From: an uncultured Prolixibacteraceae bacterium
Lineage (GTDB): Bacteria; Bacteroidota; Bacteroidia; Bacteroidales; FEN-979
Length of the DNA stretch: 64,000 nt
Reading direction: 5' to 3'
Assembly (NCBI GenBank): GCA_964642545.1
Contig: CAZXQU010000002.1
Location: 27,321 to 91,320, forward strand
Shown here: positions 50,880-58,809 of the stretch, in pieces
Position numbering within the stretch: position 1 is the first letter of the stretch
Layout: each line of letters begins with the position of its first letter
Translations under genes and position numbers: made by a program
Notes under the pieces: model-generated
The model's input: only the letters and a program-made list of their open reading frames with translations
The model's database searches: none
Told to the model about the DNA's origin: nothing

Positions 50880-52127
50880 CTACATCCCGTACATATCAAT
50901 GATCTCCTGCTTGCTCTTGCCAAGGATGTCGTATTTTTTCCCAACCTTGGTAAAGGCATCCAGCGCCTTCTCGAGATGATGGATCTCATGTCCTGCCGAA
51001 ATTTGCGTACGAATTCGTGCCTGACCCTGTGGAACAACCGGGAAGAAGAAACCGATCGCATAGACACCCTCTTCGTAAAGTCCGCGTGATACATCCTGCG
51101 ACAATTTCGCATTGAACAGCATCACTGGTACAATTGGCGTATCACCATCCTTGAGAACGAAACCGGCTTCGGTTAATCCTTTTCTCCAGAATTCCGTGTT
51201 TTTCTCAAGTTTGTCACGACGTTCCGTATTGGCAGTAAGAATCTCCAAAACCTTAATTACTCCAGCAACTACCGGGGGAGCAATGGTGTTGGAAAAGAGG
51301 TAAGGACGGGCTTTCTGACGACACATCTCTACCAGCTCTTTGCGGCCTGAGACACATCCGCCAGAGGCTCCGCCAAGTCCTTTGCCAAAGGTAGTAGTGA
51401 TGATATCAACCTTGTCCATCACACCATATTTTTCATGCGTTCCCCGGCCAGTCTTTCCAATGAAACCACTCGCATGTGATTCATCAACAAATAGCAGCGC
51501 ATCATACTTTTCGCACAAGGCCGCCATCTCATCCAGCTTTGCCGTGTCACCATCCATGGAGAAAACCCCATCGGTGATGACCATCTTCAGCCTGCGATCG
51601 TGATGCAACTGAAGCTTGCTCTCGAGATGCGCCATATCGGAGTGCTTGAAGGTATCATGCATGGCGCTGCATAGCCTGATACCGTCGATGATGGAAGCAT
51701 GTACAAGCCTGTCGGAGATCATGACATCATCCTTGGTGAGTACTGCCTCAAATACACCCGCGTTGGCATCCATGCAAGATGGGAACAGGATGGTATCCTC
51801 TGTTCCAAGAAACTCGGAAACCATTTTCTCAAGTTGGCGGTGAATATCCTGTGTCCCACAGATAAACCTTACGGATGACATCCCGTAACCATGGGAATCC
51901 AGCCCTTCGTGGGCAGCTTTCACAACATCGGGGTGGCTGGAAAGGCCAAGGTAATTGTTGGCACAGATGTTAATTACTTTTTTCAAAGAAGCTCCCGAAG
52001 GAAATTCCACTTCGATATCGGCAGCCTGGGGAGAGTGAATATACCTCTCCATCTTGAAAAGACCTGCATCCTGAAGGCCGGTGAGGATGTTACTATACAT
52101 CCCGCGTGTTTTGTCTGAATAAGCCAT
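50880..52127 (-). CDS. PLP-dependent alpha-oxoamine synthase, Kbl-like paralog 2
   Basis: [32 protein letters not shown] (PLP Lys) and RPYLFSN. Confidence 0.88.
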   Translation of the reverse strand: MAYSDKTRGMYSNILTGLQDAGLFKMERYIHSPQAADIEVEFPSGASLKKVINICANNYLGLSSHPDVVKAAHEGLDSHGYGMSSVRFICGTQDIHRQLEKMVSEFLGTEDTILFPSCMDANAGVFEAVLTKDDVMISDRLVHASIIDGIRLCSAMHDTFKHSDMAHLESKLQLHHDRRLKMVITDGVFSMDGDTAKLDEMAALCEKYDALLFVDESHASGFIGKTGRGTHEKYGVMDKVDIITTTFGKGLGGASGGCVSGRKELVEMCRQKARPYLFSNTIAPPVVAGVIKVLEILTANTERRDKLEKNTEFWRKGLTEAGFVLKDGDTPIVPVMLFNAKLSQDVSRGLYEEGVYAIGFFFPVVPQGQARIRTQISAGHEIHHLEKALDAFTKVGKKYDILGKSKQEIIDMYGM

Positions 52128-52145
52128 TGTATTAGTTCTTTATAG

Positions 52146-52388
52146 TTAACCGATATACTCCTTTACCAGGATACAGATTTTATTGACCGAATCAAAGGCT
52201 TCAGGTGTTGCTTTGTCGTCGGGGATGGAGATATTGTATTTGTTCTCCAGAAATCTCTTCAACGAAACCATTGAGAATGAATCAACAATACCACCTGATA
52301 TCAGGGGGGTGTCGTAGGTTACTTCCGAATCGTCTTCAACATACTCTTCGATAATGTATTCTCTTACAACTTCTAACATTTCTTCCAT
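52146..52388 (-). CDS. Stand-alone acyl/peptidyl carrier protein
   Basis: 80 aa, acidic; GIVDS(37)F phosphopantetheine site; FDSVNKI helix. Confidence 0.9.
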   Translation of the reverse strand: MEEMLEVVREYIIEEYVEDDSEVTYDTPLISGGIVDSFSMVSLKRFLENKYNISIPDDKATPEAFDSVNKICILVKEYIG

Positions 52389-52433
52389 GGTGTTTTCTTT
52401 TTTAAGTTCAGTTTATACTATATGTTAATTGTA

Positions 52434-54137
52434 CTAATCATCTTCCAGCGTCGATGTATCCCCGATCTCCTCTCCCCACTCCTTCGCATGTAGTATACGT
52501 CGCATAATCTTGCCACTTCGGGTTTTGGGAAGCGAATCTACAAATTCAATCTCCTGTGGCATCGCCAGGGGAGAGAGTTTTTTTCGGACGAAATTCATGA
52601 TCTGCAGGTCAAGTTCTTTGCTTGCCGTGAAGCCAGGCTTTAGGGTAACAAAAGCTTTCACTACTTCCATATTCACAAAATCGGGTTTGGCCACTACCGC
52701 CGATTCAGCTACCGCTTCATGTTCCAGCAATGCCGATTCCACTTCAAACGGGCTAACCAGGTGGCCTCCGGTGTTGATCACATCGTCGTCGCGACCCACA
52801 AACCAGAAATATCCTTCGCTGTCGATAGAGGAGCGATCACCAGGGATATACCATCCGTTGATAAATTTTTTCTGATAGGTCTCTTCGTTGTTCCAATAAG
52901 TTCGCATCAAGGATGGCCACCCCGGTTTGATGGCGATCAGCCCCATCTTCCCGCTCTCGTTGAACGGTTCATGCGTGTCGGGATCCACCACTGTTGCCAG
53001 GATTCCCGGAAATCCTTTCCCCATTGAGCCAGGTTTGATCTTCATATCAGGAAAGTTGGTGATCACCATACATCCGGTCTCTGTTTGCCAGTATGTATCC
53101 AGGAAGGGTTTCCCAAAGACTTTTTCCGACCAGATGACTGCTTCCGAATTCAACGGTTCCCCTACTGAAGCCAGATGGCGAAGGGAGGAAAGGTCATACT
53201 TCTTCACCACATCGTCCCCGGCCTTCATCAAAGATCGGATTGCGGTTGGCGCCGAATACCACACAGTGATTCTATGCTTTTCAATAAATCGATACCAATT
53301 GTCGGCCGAAAAACCAGCATCAAGCACGCACTGCGTAACGCCATTGCTGAATGCGCCAATAATGCCATAGGAAGTGCCTGTCACCCATCCCGGGTCGGCA
53401 GTACACCAGTAAATGTCGTCGTCATGCAGGTCGAGAACCCACTTGGCAGTTAGGTATTGTGCGATTAGAGAGGCATGAACATGTTTCACACCTTTCGGCT
53501 GACCAGTAGTGCCGGAGGTGTAATGTAAAACAGAAGGTGATTCGGCATAGGTAGGGAAAATCTCAAATTTATCCACTTTCGGAGCCTCCTCCAGATTAAA
53601 AGCAACCTCTTTATCCATTAAAGGCTTTGCCGGATCCTGATCCACAATAATAATATGTTCCAACCATGGCATCTTGTCGAGGATTTTTCGAACCTTCGGA
53701 GCATGTTTTTTCTGTGTGATGATGGCTTTCGTTTGCGCATTTTCCAGCCTGATAAACAACGATTCATCGCCAAAAGCAGAAAAGAGCGGTTGCGCGATGG
53801 CTCCGATCTTTAATACGCCCAGGAAACCGAGATAGAGTTCGGGAATTTTATCCATAAAGAGGCAAACCCGGTCTTCATTTTTTATTCCCAATGATCGGAG
53901 AAAATCCCCGATCGTGTTACTGGCCAGGCGGATATCATTATAAGTATATCGTTTCTCATTACCTGTTGATCCTTCCCAGATCAGTGCGAGTTTATCTGCT
54001 TTCCCCATCTTACAAATCCGGTCAGTACAGTACCAGCCAATGTTGATTGGGTCACCCTTGGTATATCCGAGTTCGTTCTCCGAGATCTTCCAGTCGAAAT
54101 TTTTTACACGTTCATCATATGATCCGATATGCGACAT
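52434..54137 (-). CDS. AMP-forming acetate/short-chain acyl ligase (AcsA-like)
   Basis: YTSGTTGQPKG, ADPGWVTG, SVGEP, YWQTETG and LPKTRSGKIMRR. Confidence 0.9.
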   Translation of the reverse strand: MSHIGSYDERVKNFDWKISENELGYTKGDPINIGWYCTDRICKMGKADKLALIWEGSTGNEKRYTYNDIRLASNTIGDFLRSLGIKNEDRVCLFMDKIPELYLGFLGVLKIGAIAQPLFSAFGDESLFIRLENAQTKAIITQKKHAPKVRKILDKMPWLEHIIIVDQDPAKPLMDKEVAFNLEEAPKVDKFEIFPTYAESPSVLHYTSGTTGQPKGVKHVHASLIAQYLTAKWVLDLHDDDIYWCTADPGWVTGTSYGIIGAFSNGVTQCVLDAGFSADNWYRFIEKHRITVWYSAPTAIRSLMKAGDDVVKKYDLSSLRHLASVGEPLNSEAVIWSEKVFGKPFLDTYWQTETGCMVITNFPDMKIKPGSMGKGFPGILATVVDPDTHEPFNESGKMGLIAIKPGWPSLMRTYWNNEETYQKKFINGWYIPGDRSSIDSEGYFWFVGRDDDVINTGGHLVSPFEVESALLEHEAVAESAVVAKPDFVNMEVVKAFVTLKPGFTASKELDLQIMNFVRKKLSPLAMPQEIEFVDSLPKTRSGKIMRRILHAKEWGEEIGDTSTLEDD

Positions 54138-54187
54138 AATGTTTAAAAGTTAGTTTATCGTTACTGTTTTGAATGTATTTAAATACT

Positions 54188-54268
54188 GCTTGCTTTTCGT
54201 TTCTCGCTATTCGCATTCAAATTTCCTAATTTCCTACTGACTGACTCCCTTCATCACCCCATCACCTC
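54188..54268. repeat. Composite heptamer + octamer repeat overlapping the acpS 3' end
   Basis: GCTTGCT TTTCGTT TCTCGCT ATTCGCA, then (ATTTCCTA)2, then ATCACCCC ATCACCTC. Confidence 0.65.
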
Positions 54269-54638
54269 TTTCCACAACCACCACTGCCGTAGCTATCTCT
54301 TTTAGATGCGATAAAGATACGTGGATTTTCGAAATCGATTCCTGCTCGCACCACTCCTTTGCCTTTCCGTATACATTGATTTCAGGCTTCCCCAGCTCAT
54401 CGTGTGTCACTTCGATGTCGGCAAACCGAATGCCAAAACGCCACCCTGTTCCAATCGCTTTCAGGAACGCCTCTTTCGCCGAAAAACGGGCAGCATAGTG
54501 CTGGTGTTTATGCTTCATCGATTCACAATATTCGATCTCGTGCCCCGTAAATATCTTTTCCCGGAAGCCGATATCCCGCTCCATAACTTTGTGGATCCTT
54601 TCCACCTCAATGATATCTGTTCCTAATCCAAAAATCAA
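54234..54638 (-). CDS. acpS: Holo-ACP synthase (AcpS-type phosphopantetheinyl transferase)
   Basis: [25 protein letters not shown] and VSLSH. TTG start overlaps the kbl stop codon. Confidence 0.93.
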   Translation of the reverse strand: MIFGLGTDIIEVERIHKVMERDIGFREKIFTGHEIEYCESMKHKHQHYAARFSAKEAFLKAIGTGWRFGIRFADIEVTHDELGKPEINVYGKAKEWCEQESISKIHVSLSHLKEIATAVVVVERGDGVMKGVSQ

Positions 54639-55834
54639 ATCGCTCGGAGTTTTTTTCCAACCTTGGTAAATTTTTCAATGGCAAACCGGATCTGTTCCGT
54701 GGAGTGTGCGGCACTGACCTGTACGCGAATCCTCGACTTTCCTTTGGGCACTATGGGATAGTAAAAGCCAATCACATAAATCCCCTCTTCCAGCAGTTCG
54801 TTGGCAAAATCCTGGGAGAGTTGGGCATCGTTTGGCAGGTGTCCGAATAGGATTGGTGTGATAGGATGAATCCCGGGAACAATCCTGAAACCGGCATCTT
54901 CCATGCCCTTCCGAAACATCCTGGTATTCTCAAACAGCTTGTCGCGTAACTCCGTTGTTTCCGACAACATGTTGATCACCTCCAGTGTAGCGCCTGCAAT
55001 GGCAGGTGCCAGGGAATTTGAGAAGAGGTATGGCCGGGAGCGTTGCCTCAGCAGCTCGACGATCTCTTTTTTGCCCGAGATACATCCTCCGGATGCACCT
55101 CCCAATGCTTTTCCGAAAGTGGTCGAAATGATGTCAACACGGTCCATGCAGTTGCAATATTCATGGGTTCCCCGGCCATTGACACCCACGAATCCTGTTG
55201 CATGTGAATCATCAACCATCACAATGGCATCGTACTTCTCGGCCAGGTCACAAATTTTATCCACCTGTGCAATGATCCCATCCATCGAAAAAACTCCGTC
55301 GGTGACAATCAATTTAAACCTGGCAGCCCCGGCCTGCTGGAGAACCTCTTCCAGATCCTCCATGTCGTTATTCTTATACCGGAATCGCTGAGCTTTGCAA
55401 AGCCTCACACCATCGATGATAGAAGCATGGTTCAGCTCGTCAGAGATCAAAGCATCCTGTTCGCTGAGAAGGGGTTCAAAAACCCCGCCATTGGCATCAA
55501 AAGCAGAAGAGTAAAGGATCGTATCTTCCATCCCCAGGAACTCGCTCAACCTTGCTTCAAGGTCTTTGTGAACCTTTTGTGTGCCGCAGATAAACCGGAC
55601 CGACGCCATCCCATAACCATACTTAAAAAAAGTGTAGTTAGCTGCCGCCATCACCCTGGGATCGGAACAGAGCCCGAGGTAATTGTTGGCACAGAAATTC
55701 AGCACATCCAATCCCCTCATCGTCTTGATCTGAACCCCCTGGGGAGTCATCAGAATCCGCTCATTCTTAAAGAGTCCCTCTTCATGGATGGTATCAAGTT
55801 GCTGCTGCAAAAACTCCTTAAAGTTTCCGTACAT
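54635..55834 (-). CDS. kbl: Glycine C-acetyltransferase (2-amino-3-ketobutyrate CoA ligase)
   Basis: [34 protein letters not shown] and [11 protein letters not shown]. Start moved to ATG 55834. Confidence 0.9.
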   Translation of the reverse strand: MYGNFKEFLQQQLDTIHEEGLFKNERILMTPQGVQIKTMRGLDVLNFCANNYLGLCSDPRVMAAANYTFFKYGYGMASVRFICGTQKVHKDLEARLSEFLGMEDTILYSSAFDANGGVFEPLLSEQDALISDELNHASIIDGVRLCKAQRFRYKNNDMEDLEEVLQQAGAARFKLIVTDGVFSMDGIIAQVDKICDLAEKYDAIVMVDDSHATGFVGVNGRGTHEYCNCMDRVDIISTTFGKALGGASGGCISGKKEIVELLRQRSRPYLFSNSLAPAIAGATLEVINMLSETTELRDKLFENTRMFRKGMEDAGFRIVPGIHPITPILFGHLPNDAQLSQDFANELLEEGIYVIGFYYPIVPKGKSRIRVQVSAAHSTEQIRFAIEKFTKVGKKLRAI

Positions 55835-55867
55835 AAATGTTAAAAATTTCACAGGATTTCTGGAAGG

Positions 55868-55875
55868 CAAAGGTA
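55868..55875 (-). promoter_or_regulatory. -7 box heading the kbl-acpS-acs-ACP operon
   Basis: CAAAGGTA on + reads TACCTTTG on -. Confidence 0.55.
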
Positions 55876-55936
55876 GAAAAAATCATCTTACTTCCGTATT
55901 CTCCTTATCTTTATATCCTTCAAAAACCTCACATGT

Positions 55937-56398
55937 ATGAAAAATCTATTTCTTAAATCAATGGCGCTCCTTTTTGGGATTGTCGTAATTGCATCCTGTA
56001 GTAAAAAAGAATCTACCGATCCTCCAAAAGAACCTGATTTCCCTCAACTCATCGGAACCTGGCAGGGAACAACCTGGCAGCAGTATCCCATTGAGATCTC
56101 TGTGATCAACGTAGAAGGTGTGCTATACCTCTCGTCCTATTCCTTTGCGGTCACCAGGCAAGAAGGGGGCAGTTTTGATTCGGCAAATTACCAGATGTCA
56201 ATATCAACAGGTATTGTGCCAGTTCTTAACAAGCAGTTTTCGCTTCAGTTGCTGAGTATGGCCTCTTCCTATACGAACGACTCACTTACAGGCACATTCG
56301 ATACCGGGGAGATGATCCTCACTGGCTCGATCAAGGCTGAGTTCCAGAGTGGAATTGTTGAAGGTAATTATTCCGCTATAAAAAAACCTGCTAACTAA
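55937..56398 (+). CDS. Hypothetical lipoprotein
   Basis: Lipobox IASC followed by SKKES; LIGTWQG suggests a small beta-barrel. Confidence 0.7.
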   Translation: MKNLFLKSMALLFGIVVIASCSKKESTDPPKEPDFPQLIGTWQGTTWQQYPIEISVINVEGVLYLSSYSFAVTRQEGGSFDSANYQMSISTGIVPVLNKQFSLQLLSMASSYTNDSLTGTFDTGEMILTGSIKAEFQSGIVEGNYSAIKKPAN

Positions 56399-56416
56399 TC
56401 TGCCAAAAATTTCTTA

Positions 56417-57559
56417 ATGGAAAACTTCACTTCTTATAACCCAACAACTGTTCACTTTGGGAAGGGTGTTCTTATACATCTCGGCCAAACGCTCTCTCAA
56501 TACGGGACAAGGGTCTTGCTGGTTTACGGGCAGTCTTCAATTAAAAAATCCGGACTGTACGACAGGGTAATGGCCGACCTGAAAAAAGCGGGTCTGACTG
56601 TATTTGAATACGCCGGAATTCGAAGCAACCCGATCATTGAAGATGTGGAAGCCGCAGCTGAAGCAGGGCGTAAAAACAGTGTCGATATGGTTTTAGCTGT
56701 CGGAGGTGGCAGTGTGATTGATTCGGCGAAAGTCATTGCTCTCACAATCCCCGTCAGCCACCCAGCCTGGGATTTCTTTATTGGAAAGGCCACTCCAACG
56801 GCAGCACTTCCGATCATCACGGTATTAACCCTGGCTGCCACTGGTTCAGAGATGAATCCATTTTCTGTAATCTCAAACCAAAAGGCCAAAATGAAAGCAG
56901 CAGTTAGCTCTCCTCTGGCCTTCCCAAAGCACTCTTTTCTTGATCCCGAACTGACGATATCGGTTCCCCGGAATTATACCGCATTTGGAATTGCCGACCT
57001 GATAGCCCATTGCATGGAAGCCTGGTTTGGGGCCGGTGATTGCCCTATGAGCGACAAGCTCGTTCTGAGCATTATCAGAGAAGCGATAGAGGCAGGACCT
57101 CTCTTGCTGAACAACCTTCAAAACTATGATCTCCGAGCCCGCATCATGTATGCAGCCACACTTGCCTTAAACGGAATTACCATGCAGGGAAAAACCTCCG
57201 GCGACTGGGGAGTTCATGCATCAGGTCATATCCTGTCACTCCTTTATGATGTCCCTCATGGTGCATCCCTTACTATCGTTTACCCTGCCTGGATGCGCCT
57301 CTTTAAAGATCAAGTTGGATCGCGGATTGCGGATCTCGGATCAGCCATGTTCAATGAATCTCTCACTGTTGAGCAATCTATTGGTCGGATTGAAGACTTT
57401 TTCCTCTCCCTGGATTGTCCGGTAAAACTCCGTGACTTGAATGTCAAAAATCATTCGGTGAAAGACATTGTTGAGGCAATGGAGATCGGGAAAGTCAATG
57501 GAATGAACATGAAATTTAAGGAAGGCGATTACCTGAGGTTAGTGGAGATGTTCTACTAA
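56417..57559 (+). CDS. Iron-containing alcohol dehydrogenase (BdhA/YqhD-like)
   Basis: NPTTVHFG, GGGSVIDSAK and TGSEMN; metal ligands D..AH, H and PHG. Confidence 0.92.
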   Translation: MENFTSYNPTTVHFGKGVLIHLGQTLSQYGTRVLLVYGQSSIKKSGLYDRVMADLKKAGLTVFEYAGIRSNPIIEDVEAAAEAGRKNSVDMVLAVGGGSVIDSAKVIALTIPVSHPAWDFFIGKATPTAALPIITVLTLAATGSEMNPFSVISNQKAKMKAAVSSPLAFPKHSFLDPELTISVPRNYTAFGIADLIAHCMEAWFGAGDCPMSDKLVLSIIREAIEAGPLLLNNLQNYDLRARIMYAATLALNGITMQGKTSGDWGVHASGHILSLLYDVPHGASLTIVYPAWMRLFKDQVGSRIADLGSAMFNESLTVEQSIGRIEDFFLSLDCPVKLRDLNVKNHSVKDIVEAMEIGKVNGMNMKFKEGDYLRLVEMFY

Positions 57560-57560
57560 A

Positions 57561-58805
57561 TTACTTAAGCGCCCGCAGGTTGAGTCTTCGTAACAGGGGC
57601 GCCCTCTTAGCTATAATCCCAACAACAACCAGCGTCATCGATCCACCAAAAATAACCGAAGGGATCAACCCCATCACCTTGGCTGCTAATCCTGACTCAA
57701 ATGAGCCTATTTCATTAGATGAGCCAATAAAAATGCTGTTGACAGAGGCCACCCGGCCTCTCATCTCGTCAGGAGTAAGCAGTTGGAGGGTTGTAGCACG
57801 GATGATTACACTGATATTATCGAAAAGGCCGCTGAGGCAAAGCAAAAACAATGAGAGGTAAAAGTTTTTGGAGATGGCAAAACAGATGATGCTGAGTCCG
57901 AACCCCGCTATCGATATAAACAGCCACTTCCCGGCATTCGCGGCAGGAGGCCTGTAAGCCAGGAGGATCGACATCAGAACGGCTCCTACCATCGGCGCAG
58001 CCCTGAGAAATCCCAAACCCTGAGGACCTACAAATAAAATCTCTGCAGCGAAAATTGGAAGCATTGCAACAGCCCCGCCGAAAAGCACTGCAAACATATC
58101 AAGAGACATTGTGCCCAACAAAATCTGGTTTCTGAATACAAACTTTAGTCCCGAAGAGAGCCGCTGCCTGATTGTTTCGGTCAGGACCACCTGCGGATTC
58201 TGGTAACGTTTCACAAAAAAAAGTAGACTCAATGCCACGATAACAAAAAACAGCACAACGATATAGGCCACCTGAACCCCAAAAAAGCCGTAAATCATTC
58301 CTCCCAACGCCGGACCCGAGATAGCTGCAATATGCCAAACAGTGCTGTTCCAGGTAGAGGAGTTGGTGTAGAGATGCCTCGGAACCATCTGAGCCATCAG
58401 CGCTATAGTTGAAGGGTAGAGGAAGGCCCGCACGACCCCGGTAAGGGCAACAACCAGGTAGATTGGGAAAACACCCAGCGTCAGGAATGACATCAGCTCT
58501 TTGTAGCTGAATGCAAACAACATAAGAGTCCCCACCAGGAATAACAAGGAAAACCAGGTGATGATCCGTTGTCGGTTATACTTGTCGGCAATATGCCCCG
58601 AATAGAGAGCTACCGAGATAAATGGCAGTGCCTCCGCCAGTCCGATCAGTCCAAGGGCAAGCGGATCATGGGTCAATTCGTACATCTGCCAACCCACAAT
58701 AAGTCCCTGCATCTGAAATGCAATCGTAATAAAAAAACGGTAACTGATAAATAGGCGAAAGTCCCTGACTTTCAGGACGGCATATGCATCATGTTTGGGT
58801 TCCAA
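57561..58805 (-). CDS. MFS transporter (EntS/H+ antiporter-like)
   Basis: About 12 TM segments; GHIADKYNR, LDMFAVLFGG and PDEMRGRV. Confidence 0.9.
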   Translation of the reverse strand: MEPKHDAYAVLKVRDFRLFISYRFFITIAFQMQGLIVGWQMYELTHDPLALGLIGLAEALPFISVALYSGHIADKYNRQRIITWFSLLFLVGTLMLFAFSYKELMSFLTLGVFPIYLVVALTGVVRAFLYPSTIALMAQMVPRHLYTNSSTWNSTVWHIAAISGPALGGMIYGFFGVQVAYIVVLFFVIVALSLLFFVKRYQNPQVVLTETIRQRLSSGLKFVFRNQILLGTMSLDMFAVLFGGAVAMLPIFAAEILFVGPQGLGFLRAAPMVGAVLMSILLAYRPPAANAGKWLFISIAGFGLSIICFAISKNFYLSLFLLCLSGLFDNISVIIRATTLQLLTPDEMRGRVASVNSIFIGSSNEIGSFESGLAAKVMGLIPSVIFGGSMTLVVVGIIAKRAPLLRRLNLRALK

Positions 58806-58809
58806 CGGT

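Noticed and set aside
50880-55834. Operon considered as sphingolipid (Spt) or biotin (BioF) synthesis
   Set aside because: Both PLP enzymes carry Kbl-type motifs ([15 protein letters not shown]), the ligase has acetate-type pocket residues, and no bio or ceramide genes are nearby. Not fully excluded without assays.
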